From the NCBI RefSeq assembly GCF_009914755.1, contig NC_060947.1: 64,000 nt of DNA; one strand, given 5' to 3'. Position numbers and translations under genes: made by a program. The number at the start of each line of letters is the position of its first letter. Position 1 is the stretch's first letter. This stretch comes from the human T2T-CHM13v2.0 reference genome, Homo sapiens. Below, one piece after another: positions 1-44,840 of the stretch. The notes under the pieces are model-generated. The model saw only the letters and a program-made list of their open reading frames with translations, was not told where the DNA came from and did not search any database.

Positions 1-454
1 CTCCACAACACTTAGCACTCTCTTCGAGTGTTTGCATGCCCATTGTTTTAGCTCAGGTTCCCAACGAAACAGAATTTGGGCCATTCCAGACACCTCTAGA
101 CAGACTATACCGAGAAACCATGCCTGGAACGGTGCAGGGGGAGAGGAGAGGAGAGGGAATTTACATACCTGGCTCTCACTCCTGGTTCCTTTTCTTAACG
201 GTCAAAATTTATCCCACAGGCACGAGCTCCCCTACACTTCTAGATTGCATCATCTGCCCCCTTGGCAGCTGTCTGGGAAGCCAGATCCCACACTTGGAAG
301 TGTAGTGTTTCATACAATCCAAAAGTGGTAGCAGAGGCCAGGTGTGGTGGCTCACGCCTGTAATTCCAGCACTTTGGGAGGCCGATGCAGGCAGATCATG
401 AGGTCAGGAGTTCGAGACCAGCCTGGATAGCATGGTGAAACCCCGTCTCTACTA

Positions 455-1235
<781 letters not shown>

Positions 1236-1341
1236 TTATTGTTTTATAGTAACACTGCAATTTTCTAATTATCTCCACTGCTGTTTCTATCTTTCTCTGT
1301 GTAGTTTGCAGCCACCTAGATATCCAACAAATCCATAGTAA

Positions 1342-1688
<347 letters not shown>

Positions 1689-1756
1689 TAAATTCAGTAT
1701 AATACTCCCCTTGTTTGGGCGGGGGGACCTTTAAACACATCATACTGGTTAATTGT

Positions 1757-1990
1757 GTCAAAGTCAAAGTAAATTATAGAGACAAATCCCTAAATCAAAT
1801 GCTGTATTTGGGAATCACAAAATTGCAATCCAGGGCATATACAAGGACTAGGGTGGTCTTCAGTGTGTCCAACGAACAAACAGAAGTTGGAAATTTTATT
1901 AGAAAGAAAAATGTTACATATTGTTTTGAAATGAGGCTCATTGGCCCTAGAGAAGCTGGTTCATTCACACAATCAGCTTTCATATTCCCT
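1757..1990 (-). mobile_element. ERV1 LTR 3' part (MER67-like)
   Basis: Minus strand ends ...TTTGACTTTGACA with a GAATTGCAATT...GATTCCCAAATA motif; mirrored at 9520-9752 and related to the LTR at 37145-37898. Confidence 0.5.
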
Positions 1991-2346
1991 CTTTTGATCA
2001 ACATCTTTGTTTGAAAACCTCACTGATTAACCATATTAAAGTGAGGCTTCATTGTCACTCCATGCCAGGATGGACATGGGCCGGTTGTCTTTGTCCCATG
2101 TCAAGGGAAAGGTAAGGGAGTCTAGATCAGGGACATGGGCCATATTTGAGCCACAAAGAGGCCAGAAGGAAAAAAAATTCAGGTAGGTTTGTCTGGAGTT
2201 CAGCATCAAATTCCATCTTGTTAGTCCCATCTATATTAGCATTCATCTTGAAGCACTAGGCCAACATTTTCCTGTTGGTAGAACTGGCTTAACAAATATT
2301 AGACAGGCAACAAGAATGGAGCTCAAAGATCATAATACAAAAGTAA

Positions 2347-2664
<318 letters not shown>

Positions 2665-3448
2665 TAATTAGCAATAGTAGAATAAATTTAGTTTGTACAA
2701 TGATTTTGAACTAAGATCCCAAGCCTAAGGGCCACCAGCTAAACAAATCAAAAGACTATGGGGGAATTGAATGAGACCTCTTATAGTCTTTGAGTAGCAT
2801 TTGAGGACTGGGTTGAATTAAAGCAGAGTGCCAACTCTATAAAAGGGACCACTCTATAAAAAGGATTCACTAGGTGAATCAAAGGATTTGGGAGTCATGG
2901 TCTGCCAAGTGAAAAATGTAGACATTAAGGGGATAAGGGTCTCATTATGATATGAAGACTTATTCTGATGTCTTCGGAAAAGCTGTCTACAATGTGGAAT
3001 CGTCAACTTCTCATCCTGATTTGTGGTTCGAATGTCTCTGGTTATGGCATTCGACAGTTTGGCGAACTCTTTGTGTGGTCCATACATCAGACACGAGACT
3101 TGTTCCTTAAAATGTATGCAGTTTGGATGGGTGCAGTGGTTCATGCCTGTAATCCTAGCACTTTGGGAGGCTGAGGTGGGCAGATCATGAGGTCAGGAGA
3201 TAGAGACCATCCTGGGTAACTCGGTGAAACCCCGCCTCTACTAAAAATACAAAAAATTAGCCGGGGATGTTGTCACGTGCCTGTAGCCCCAGCTACTCAA
3301 GAGGTTTGGGCAGGAGAATCGCTTGAACGCGGGAAGCGGAGGTTGCAGTGAGCCGAGATCTCACCACTGCACTCCAGCCTTGGCGACAGTGTGAGACTCC
3401 GTCTCAAAAAAAAAAAAAAAAATTATGGTGTTTTTATCTTAGAGTATT

Positions 3449-7730
<4,282 letters not shown>

Positions 7731-7734
7731 TAGG

Positions 7735-11572
<3,838 letters not shown>

Positions 11573-12072
11573 TAAACTCCTGACCTCAGGTGTTCCACCC
11601 GCCTCAGTCTCCCAAAGTGCTGGGATTACAGGCGTGAGCCACCGCACCCAGCCTGTCACATTTATTTTGGAGAATAAAACAGGTTGAATCTTGTGCCAAA
11701 ATGCAGGGGAAGCTGCACCCAGACAGGTAACAAAATATAATATACAATCATAGATAGGTTTTCTACATACCAATAATAACCATTTAGAAAACCAAATTGA
11801 GAAAAATTACACGTATATAGTGACAAAAGTACATACAATATCTAAAACCAGATGATTGGAGCAAGATGGCAGATAGATCCCGTGCCCTACTCAACATTCC
11901 ATTGAACTGGGAAGAAAATGTTTTCAAGGGTCAATTCGTAACAGTAGAGGAAAATAGGAAAGCGTGTCAGCGGTCCACCAGAAATATTGAGGCATTCCTG
12001 GGAGATAGAGTAGATGGGGTCAGACTGATAGAGAAACCCAAGGAGACAAGACCACAGCTCAAATCACTGTAG

Positions 12073-12312
<240 letters not shown>

Positions 12313-12493
12313 TGATCTGCCTGCCTTGGCCTCCCAAAGTGCTGATATTACAGAGTGGGTCACCGCGACCGCCCAGGAGATTCTCTTTGTAACAAAGCCT
12401 CTGAAAATCCCCAAACCCTAAATCAAAAAAAACACGGAGCTGGAAAGGGCCTTAGGATAATCATCATGTAGGTTAATTTAAAAGTTCATTAGA

Positions 12494-12916
12494 GGAACCA
12501 ACCCAAATGTCCAACAATGATAGACTGGATTAAGAAAATGTGGCACATATACACCATGGAATACTATGCAGCCATAAAAAATGATGAGTTCATGTCCTTT
12601 GTAGGGACATGGATGAAGCTGGAAACCATCATTCTCAGCAAACTATCCCAAGGACAAAAAACCAAACACCGCATGTTCTCACTCATAGGTGGGAATTGAA
12701 CAATGAGAACACATGGACACAGGAAGGGGAACATCACACACCGGGGCCTGTTGTGGGGTGGGGGGAGGGTGGAGGGATAGCATTAGGAGATATACCTCAG
12801 GTTAAATGACGAGTTAATGGGTGCAGCACACCAACATGGGACATGTATACATATGTAACAAACCTGCACGTCGTGCACATGTACCGTAGAACTTAAAGTA
12901 TAATTTAAAAAAAAAA
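12494..12916 (+). mobile_element. 5'-truncated L1PA (L1PA4/5-like) 3' end
   Basis: ORF2 C-terminus [25 protein letters not shown]..., 3'UTR G-tract, poly(A); TSD AAAAGTTCATTAGA at 12480-12493 and 12913-12926. Confidence 0.93.
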
Positions 12917-12955
12917 GTTCATTAGAAACATCTGAATCAGCCAGATTCCCCTTCA

Positions 12956-13321
<366 letters not shown>

Positions 13322-15399
13322 TCAAAAAAAAAAAAAGTAATATATCAGGACTTGGTGTAACTTCAGCCCTTTACAGTAATAATGAAGGAGAGAAACACAT
13401 TTGTGGAGAAGGGACCGTGTTCACTCTTTATCTATCCATGATAGACAGATAGTCAGGAGCTTTATATACCCATGGAACCTAAGGAAAAATGTTCCCTGTC
13501 ATAACTCACAATCTTCCAGCTACCCTTCCTGGCACCTGTCTTGTGGGCTGGGGGACCCAACTTATGGATCCCATCATCCCAGAGAGAAAGAAAAATCAAA
13601 TCCTTCAGTAAGTATCTCTTTTAGGGTATCCTCTTCTCTATTTGCTTGGAGGATAAGGCTCTCGATATCTAGTAGCCAAATGTTGTGTAATACAGAACTA
13701 TATTGGGATAAAATAGAATTTGTTTCCTCTGAGACACAGGTAGAGGTACGTCCACACTGACCTGGGTGGCAGCCATCTCTTTCTGCAGTGCCAGGCAGGG
13801 CATGCTCACAGATCTGGGGAACCTCTACTGCTCCTGGAGCCCCACAACCTCCTTCCAGGCACCCTCTCCCTCTGGTGGCTGTGACAGCCCACATGTGGCT
13901 TTGTGTCTCCCCTGCTTCTTTGCCTGCCTCTCTTCTGCCCACCCTGCATATCTCTGTCTCCCACTGTCCCTGCTGTGACCACGACTGCCTCTCCCTCCCT
14001 GCACTCTCTCTCTCCTAGGGCTCCTTGTCTTCGGTAAATGAACCCACAGCCTTCACATTGTGATTGGGGACAGAGCCCGGGGCTTGTTCAATTCCCCTTC
14101 CCTCCACCACACACACCTGTCCTCCTTAAAGTTTCTGAAGTCAGAGAGATCCAAACACAGCTCCTCCTGCACCTGCCAGCTGTGGGACCTCAGACAAGAC
14201 GCCTACCATCTGTCGGGAACTCCGTCTCTCATCTATTATATTGGCATAATGATGATAGTGTCCTCCTTCGAAGGCTGGAGAGAACCAGAAGGCCAAGGTA
14301 ATGGGCCATGGACGGTCAAAACTGCTCCAATTCTGCCTCCACCTGGGGCTGGTGTTTCAAGTCCATTGTGTGTGAATGGAGCTTTGATGTCTTCATTCAC
14401 ACACAATGGTTTGTTCTAAAATAGACTCCCCTCTGCCCTTCCCTTCCCCACAACTGTTTCCCCTCCACACTGTGCAATGGTACATGTGACAAAGAACTGT
14501 CCCATTCCCAAATCATCGTCCCCACCCCAGCCCCCAGGCCCCTGGTTGGTGAGACCCTTGATGGGCAGTCTCATGCTTCTGTCCAGGGGACTTTCGTACC
14601 GATTGCTCCCCTGCATGGAGACTAAGTGGACTCTTCTATTCCCTGGCCATCACAGGGTCTACAGTGCACACATCTTCCTCATTCCTTCATGTTCCCCAGA
14701 TGACGATTTCATCTGTGTCTCCTCCCACATACTCCCAAATGGACTGTCCCAGACCTTGAATCCGGAAATCATTCAGAGAGCAAAGGCCAAGATGCCTAAA
14801 CACCTGCTGCAGAATCCTGCTCCAGGACTGAAATGTATAGTCTCTATCAAAATAAAAACTGGGGGTCAGGCATGGTGGCTCACTCCTGTAATCCTAGTAG
14901 TTTAGGAGGCCAAGGTGGGAGGATCGCTTTGGCCCAGGACTTTGAGACCAGCCTGGGTAACAGAGCAAGACTTTCTTGACAAAACCTAAAAAAATTAGTG
15001 GATCATGATGGTGCATGCCTGTAGTCACAGCTTCTCTGGAGGCTGAGGAGGGAGGATTGCTTGAGCCCAGGAGTTCAAGGCTGCATTGAGCTATGATCAT
15101 GCCACTGCATTCCAGCCAGGACAGAGCAAGACTCTCATCTCTAGAAGAAACAAACAAACAAATAAAACCCAACAACTGCAAACATCCTTCTCTAGAATGG
15201 GGTCACGAACTCCTGTCTGTCTTGTTCCCTGATGTCGCTCCAGCACCTAGAACAGCGCTCAGCACGAGGACGCACTCAGTGTTTTGTTGAATAAATGACT
15301 CCTTTGACACAGCAATTCCACTTCTAAGAATCTTTCCTAAAGAAATATGCACACACGTGCACAGAGCTGTGTGCACAATAATGGCACGAGCAAACAACT

Positions 15400-16001
15400 G
15401 GGGAACGTTTGCAAAGGTTTATTTACTGTCAGTGACTGCTACAGGGGAATCGGATGAGGGGAGTACATGCTGACCAGGAAACAGAGTGAGGGAAGCCTGA
15501 CCAGGACGCATGGCAATGGGAAAAGCAGATGGGAGATGCTTATACTGGTACTTGGTGTGTGTGTGTGTGTGTGTGTGGTGTGGTTTGTGTGTGTGTGTAA
15601 ATGCAGAGGAAAAAATCTGAAATTAAACACTCAGAACTGCCCTCAGTAGTCACATCTAGGGAGAGAGGAGGGTAATGCTGTTCCATGCAGAGGTAACTGA
15701 CAATACTTGTTTTCTAAGGTAGGTGCATGGATACACAAACCAAAATATGCATTAAGTATGTCTTGCTCATCAGTGAAAATGTTAATATCTAACAGAATGA
15801 CACACTTCAAGAAAATACAATGGAAACGCTAATATCGTACTCTTGGCACACTAAGAAAAATGACGCTCAACTTTTCACTGTTGTGAACACTTGCTTTCAC
15901 TTGCTATGCACCTGATGACGAGGGGTCCACAGCCATGCCCATGTTCGTGAAAGGTCACCACGTTCTGCTTCTCATCATGGGCATGTGTCATATCCCCAAG
16001 G
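15400..16001 (-). other. SSX3: SSX3 exon 8 (3'UTR) with poly(A) signal
   Basis: Acceptor cctcag|CCTTGGGG at 16001; AATAAA at 15423-15418; (CA)n tract at 15556-15598. Confidence 0.85.
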
Positions 16002-16469
16002 CTGAGGCAAGAAGAGAGAAGGAAAGTAAGTGGCAGTGAGTTCCCACCACGTGACAACTCAATCTCAACTCCTCCTGACCTGCAGACCCTGCACACTCCG
16101 ATTCTGCCCTATCTCAGGACCTGCACACACCTTCCACGGTTCCTCGAAGTGAACCATCTGTTCATGCCACAGTGACTTCCTCGCCTGGGCTATCAATTCC
16201 TAGGCTAGAGGAAGGTGTGGCCCGCATATCAGGGCTGACCTGGGGTTTGGGACCCCACAGCATCCTGGGTAGGGAGCATCCCTGGATATATACAGGGCAG
16301 GGAGTAGAAAGAGCATGGGAAATCTCATCATTCAGCCTCAATGCTGTACACTAGAAAATTATAAGAAGGGAATGATTTGGGGAGCAAGTGACAGATGGGA
16401 TGCCAGTATCATAACAGAATAGCACATCTGCAGGGATGCAGGGGATGAGTGGAAGGTTCTCTTACGGAG

Positions 16470-24215
<7,746 letters not shown>

Positions 24216-25599
24216 GGCACAGGGAGTAGTCTGACCTGCAAGAGAAACAGATTGAGACTTTCCAGCCGCAGGACCTTTGGTCTTGTGGAGGGAGAAATCA
24301 GTGAAGGCCGGCCACTCAGTCACCTGGAATCAGGTGCTGCATTTCTCCATCCGGGGCTTATCTGTCCCTGAGTAAGGATATGGGGAGAAATCAGACGAAA
24401 ACCAGGAACCAGGGGTCTCTGGGAGAAGTATTGATAGGGGATGACAGGTTTCCTATGGGCAAAGCAGCCTTGAGTCTTTGGGAGGGGGTTGGCTAATGTT
24501 GTTAGTAATTTCCCTGGAGCTAGGCTTCCCCTGAAAGATGTATGGACCCTTGTTGGGGAGGCAGGGACATGACTGTGTAATTTTATTCAGTGGGGCATGC
24601 TGACACCCCCGCTCAATAAATAAAGGAAGGGAAGTTAGTCCCAGAGATAACGTGGTCTCTTTGGTGATGGATCTGATCAGGCAGAGGGATGGGGGGTTCT
24701 GTTCTGCTGAAGAGAAAGGAGCATCGCTAATATGAATGTGTTCAGAGGCTATTACTGGGTGATTTGTAAGTTATTAGAACGAAGAGAGCTAGAATTTCTG
24801 AGACTACAAGAGCCCGCCATCACTTAGAGAGAATGTGGGGCATTTCAAGTTGCAGCAATCAGCCAGGCGCAGTGGCTCAGGCCTGTAATCCCAGCACTTT
24901 GGGAGGCCGAGGCGTGCAGGTCACTTGAGCCCAGGAGGTCGAGACCCGGCTGGGAAACACAGCAAAACCCCCGTCTACAAAATAAACAAAAAGTTAGCTG
25001 GGGTTGGTGGAGCAGGCCTGTACCATCCCAGCACTTTGGAAGGCCAAGGTGGGCGGATCGCCTTAGCCCAGGAGCTTGAGACCAGGCTCACAAACGTAGC
25101 AAAACCATCTCTACTAAAAAAAACAAACAAACAAAATTTAGCAGAAGCGGGGTGGTGCGCGCCTGTAGTCCCAAGGCCTAGGTGAGAAGATCACTTGAGC
25201 CCAGCAGGAAAGATTTGAGTGATTTTTTTTTTCAGACAGGGTCTCGCTCTGTTGCCCAGTCGGGAGTGCACTGGCGTGATCATGGCTCACTGCAACCTCC
25301 GCCTCTTGGGTTCAGGCAATCCACAAGCTGTGGCTTCCAAAAGTGCAGGGATTACAAGTGTAAGCCACCACCCCAGGCCCAAATTTCTTAAGTTACTACA
25401 GAGTTCCTAGGAAAAATCCCATACCTGAAAAAGTTAGAAACTGACAGGAAAGATTTGAGATGGCGGTTAGAAACTGAGAGGAAAGATTTAAGATGGCGGC
25501 CTGCCTCATATACACTCCTTATTAAAACTAGATAGCAAATGCACCACGGAGGAGGGGAGGGGTAGGAAGAATGGAAAAAGAAAATCAGTGTATTCTTAC

Positions 25600-25696
25600 T
25601 CTGATTTTGGAAGAATCCAAAGAGAAAATCAGACCGTGCGTACTCTTGAGTATGGAAGAATCGAAAGAGAGAGAAAGTCAGAGCATGCGTACTCTG
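25600..25696 (-). other. SSX3: SSX3 non-coding exon 1
   Basis: Donor AATCAGA|gtaag at 25600; sequence resembles SSX 5'UTRs; TSS not determinable from sequence. Confidence 0.75.
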
Positions 25697-25900
25697 AACT
25701 TAAAGTAGCGAATCCCAGGGGATGCTTTAGGCGGGAAAATTAGAGTCTCCACCCCCACTTTGAGAAGGTTGTGTCCCTGGAGCCGGGACTGATAGAAGCC
25801 ACATCCGCTTCGCTTGTTCCGCCTACTGTTCTGACTTCTAATTGGCCAGATGGAGTTCACTAACTGCCCTGATTGGTCCATCATCCTTGGGCAGCGACAT
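25697..25900 (-). promoter_or_regulatory. SSX3 proximal promoter with paired CCAAT boxes
   Basis: ATTGG at 25841 and 25872 (31 bp apart), conserved in the SSX4 copy; locally elevated CpG. Confidence 0.6.
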
Positions 25901-25944
25901 TGCAGAATAATGTCTCCTCCTCCAGCCACACCTTGTCGCCACTG

Positions 25945-29424
<3,480 letters not shown>

Positions 29425-29729
29425 CAGACAGAACATGGCCGGGTGCAGTGGTTCACGCTTGTAATCCCAGCATTTTGGGAGGCCGAGGTGGGCAGATCAC
29501 TTGAGGTCAGGAGTTTGAGACCAGCCTGGCCAACATGGAGAAACCCCGTCTCTACTAAAAGTACAAAAATTAACCAGGCATGGTGGCACCCGCCTGTAGT
29601 CCCAGCTACATGGGAGGCTGAGACAGGAGAATAGCTCAAACCCAGGAGGCAGAGGTTGCAGTGAGCTCGAGAGCGTGCCACTGCACTACAGCCTAGGAGA
29701 CAGAGTGAGAATCCCTCTTGAAAAAAAAA

Positions 29730-35944
<6,215 letters not shown>

Positions 35945-35989
35945 TGACTTCAGGAGATTGAAGACACAGGGAAATGTTGAAGCAAACAA

Positions 35990-36737
35990 GTATTTATTGG
36001 GCTTATTAAAGACTGTAAGGAAGGGCCAGCTGCAGTGGCTCATGCCTGTAATCCCAGAACTTTGGGAGCCTGAAGCAACAGGATTGATTGAGCCCAGGAG
36101 TTCAAGACCAGCCTGGGCAACATGGCAAAACCCCGTCTCTACAAAAAATTCAAAAATTAGACGGGCATATCAAGTTCCTGGGTCTGTAGAGAATTTAAAT
36201 ATATATATATATATACATGGCTGGATTTGGTGGTGCGTACCTGTAATCCCAGCTATTTGGTAGGCTGGGGCAGGAATATTGCTTGGGCCCTGGAATTTCA
36301 GGCTGCAGTGAGCTAGGATTGGGTCACTGCCCTCCAGCCTGAGTTACAGAGTGAGACTTTGTCTCTGAAAATAAAAAAAAAAAAGATCGTAAGGACGATT
36401 TTACTCAGAGGGGGGACTACTGTGATAGGTACAGGGACCACTGCAATGGGGTCTTGCAGTGGGAGAGTGATATTGGGATCGACTTCAACTCCACAAGGAC
36501 AAGTGGGGATTTGTAGTCAGGGAGTAGGAGCCGGGGGTCAGAAGATGGGAAATTACTTGGAGGAAGCCTCAGGTGCAGGGGGATTCTGGCTAAACCGACT
36601 TGACAGGTTTTTTGCTGAAAAAGGCTAAATGGGCAGAGTCCCTGGATGAAGGACAGAGCCTGAGGTTGAGACCTAGTCAGAAACAGGACTCAGAGGAGCC
36701 CGATTCAAGTTTGGTCAAAGGAGAGTGTCTCTGTCTG
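35990..36737 (-). mobile_element. MER31-like ERV1 LTR with Alu insertion
   Basis: Minus strand begins AGACAGAGACACTCTCCTTTGACCAAACTTGAATCGGGCTCCTCTGAG, resembling the MER31 5' end; AATAAA near 35990. Confidence 0.6.
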
Positions 36738-37144
36738 AAAGCATAAGCAAGAAAGCCAACAGCAGTAAAATGAATGGGTCACAAAGGAGAATTTTTGTGC
36801 ATTGCTAAGCAGGGCTCTGCTTTAACCATTGTGAAAGAAGTGAGTCATTCTTTTTTTTTTTTAGATGAAGTCTCGCTGTGTCACCCAGGCTGGAGTGCAG
36901 TGCGTGATCTCGGCTCACTGAAACCTCAGCTTCCTGGGTTGAAGCGATTCTCCTGCTTCAGCCTCCCGAGTAGCTGGGACTACAGTCACGTGCCTCACAC
37001 CGGACTAATTTTGTATTTTTACTAGAGACAGGGTTTTACCATGTCGACCAGGCTGGTCTCGAACTCCTGACCTCAAGCCATCTGCCCGCCTTGGCCTCCC
37101 AAAGTGCTGAGATTTCAGGCGTGTGCCACTGAAACCCACCTGAA

Positions 37145-40780
<3,636 letters not shown>

Positions 40781-40840
40781 ATCCACCTGCCTAGGCCTCC
40801 CAAAATGCTGGGATTAGAGGCGTGAGCCACCATGCCCAGT

Positions 40841-41700
40841 GAGGAAAAGAAGTATTAAACGCTATTGTTATTAAAGAAACCAAAGATCGTGATGCCTGGA
40901 AGGTGATTCAAAGACTCGAGATAATGGACTTCTGGCCAAGCCAACCCATGGTGACATCATCAGGTTTGTGCCTCCACTGGTGATCAAGGAGGATGAGATT
41001 CGAGAGTCCAGTGAAATCATTAACAAGACCATCTTGTCTTTCTGAGGGTAGCAGCTGTTTTCAGTGGTCCCTGGGAGCCGGCTGGAGACAGGTGGTCTTG
41101 TAAAAGCTCTGCTCTAAATGTAGGCACATTCCACTCCCATGTGTCTTCAAAGCCTTTGTGTGGAATATCCATTTTTTTCAGTTGATACACAATAGAACAA
41201 CGTTTATGAACCTGCCTTTTGCTTCCTAACGTAAGTAAGAGAATGTAATGGCATCTATATTCAGTGAAGGTGTTTTGATGTGCATCTGTACTTTCTAAGG
41301 TAAAACGTATCTATGTATACAGAACAGCCTTTAAATCACGTCCTTCAGTATACTTTATATATGTTTTTATAATTTCCTTGCTGGTATAAATGTTTTGTAT
41401 TTGAAAAAGTTATCTATGGAGTATTACATAAAAGACTTCACCTTGTAAAGTCAAATCACTGTTATCATTGAATTTTAGGAAGGATGAATGGTTAGTCATA
41501 TGTAAAATACTAATATTAAGTAAACTTCATATTGGCGAACACCAGAATGTATTCTATGGTTGTCATTATTTTGAATTAAGAATTAGTGTTTAAAATTCCT
41601 AAATTGTTTTGAGTGCTTGATTATAATTTGTAAAAAACGTTTATTTTTAATATTTCTTTAAATTTAAAATAAAGCTTATATTTCAGAAAAAAAAAAAAAG
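40841..41700 (+). pseudogene. OAT processed pseudogene 3' fragment (third copy)
   Basis: [17 protein letters not shown]...[41 protein letters not shown], then 3'UTR, AATAAA and poly(A) ~41686-41700. Confidence 0.92.
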
Positions 41701-41784
41701 ATACAGAACATGGCCAGGTGCAGTGGTTCACGCCTGTAATCCCAGCACATTGGTAGGCCAAGGTAGGCAGATCACTTGAGGTCA

Positions 41785-42030
<246 letters not shown>

Positions 42031-42194
42031 TCACCACAATGCCATCCCTTGTGCTACTCATTTTTAGTAATACTCACTCTCCTCCTATCCACCATCCCTA
42101 ACCCCTGACAACCACTAATCTATTTTTCATTTCTACAATTTTATCTTTTCTACAATGCTGTACAAATGAAATCTCATAGTATATAACATTTTAG

Positions 42195-42504
<310 letters not shown>

Positions 42505-43088
42505 TGATCTACTTGCCTCCTGACCTCATGATCTGCCTGCCTCGGCTTCCCAAAATACCGGGATTACAAGTGTGAGCCACCGCGCACGGCCAATGGTTCA
42601 TTTTTATTACTGAGTAGTATTACATGGTATGGATGTACCACAGTTTCACCATTCACCTATTGTTGGACATATTGATTATATCCGGCTATTTGGCTATTAC
42701 AAATAAAGCTGCTATGAACAATTATGTACAAGTTTCTGGATGGGGATAAATTTTAATTTCTATGAAGTGGTAATTGATGAATTGTATGGTCACTGCATGT
42801 TTAGTTTTATAAGAAACTACCAAACTGCTTTCCAGAGTGGCTGTAAGATTTTACCCTCTCAGCAGCATTTTACTAGATGTCCAGTTTCTGTGCATCCTTT
42901 CCAGCATTTCGTATTGTCACTATGTCTTTCATTTTAGCTGTTGTAATAAGTGTGTAGTGATGCCTCATCGTGGTCTTAATTTGCATCTAGTGAAGCAAGT
43001 AAGTGTTGAACAGCCTTTCATGTGCTTATTTGCTTATTTCCTCTTCAGTGAAATGTATGTTCATATATCTTCATAATTTTCTAATTGA

Positions 43089-43427
<339 letters not shown>

Positions 43428-43716
43428 TGAGAGTACTATACGTATCCGTTATATATTCTGGATGTGAGTCCTTTCTTGGATACGTGGTTTGCAAACATTT
43501 TCTCCCACTTTACACCCTGTTTTTTCATCCTTTTAACACGGTTTCTACAGAGCAAAAGTTAAATTGGATGAAATCTAATTTATTTTTTTCCTTATGGATT
43601 ATGCTTTTTGAACCGTTCACTATGCCTAGATCTCAGACGTTTCTCCTACTCTTTCTTGTAAAAGTTTTTTTAGTGTTATATTTTAGATTTAAATCTATGA
43701 GCCACTTGAGTTTTTA

Positions 43717-43865
43717 ATATATGTATATATATATGTATATATATATGTGTATATATATGTATATATATATGTGTATATATATGTATATATATGTGTATAT
43801 ATATGTGTATATATATGTATATATATATGTGTATATATATGTATATATATATGTATATATATATG
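43717..43865 (+). repeat. (TA)n/(TATATG)n low-complexity microsatellite
   Basis: Direct read; absent at the paralogous positions (~31720 and ~46110). Confidence 0.92.
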
Positions 43866-44183
43866 AAGATTAGGTGTTTTCTTGTTGTTGTTTGTTTGTT
43901 TGTTGTTGTTGTTGTTGTTGTTGTTTTGTCTATGGATATGCAACTGCTCCAGCACCATTTGTTAAGCAGACGATCCTTCTTTTTGTCTCTTGGGGAAAAT
44001 CAGTGTGGGGCAATTTCCAGGTTCTCTGTTTTGTTCCAGTGATCTATGTGTCTATTCTTCTCCCAATACTACACAGTCTTGATTCCTGTAGCTATATAAG
44101 AAGTATTGAAATATGGTAGAGCCATTCCTCCCACCTTATTCTTCTTTTTCAAAAATTGTCTTAGTTACATATACATTTTTTGA

Positions 44184-44453
<270 letters not shown>

Positions 44454-44558
44454 TAGAACATTATTTCTTCAAGTACTGCCTTCTCCCCAGTCTTAATATT
44501 CTTTTTTTTATTTTTTTCACTTTTGTGACGTAGTTTTGCTCTGTCACCCAGGGTGTAG

Positions 44559-44840
<282 letters not shown>

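Noticed and set aside
12517-12699. L1 ORF2 C-terminal peptides (also 51430-51705)
   Set aside because: Short 5'-truncated L1 fragments, not functional genes.
13574-13942. 122-aa minus-strand ORF with a protein-like C-terminal half, downstream of SSX3
   Set aside because: No family recognised; the paralog near 63870-64000 has a 5-nt indel breaking the frame. A tblastx search would be needed to exclude an ancient exon remnant.
14477-14905. 142-aa ORF with a 172-aa paralog (62815-63333)
   Set aside because: No recognisable domain, ends in an Alu, and the central frame differs between copies.
15875-16096. 73-aa ORF identical in both arms (61633-61854) as a hidden protein
   Set aside because: Starts at GTG and spans an intron/exon boundary; identity reflects near-identical DNA, reported instead as a possible conversion tract.
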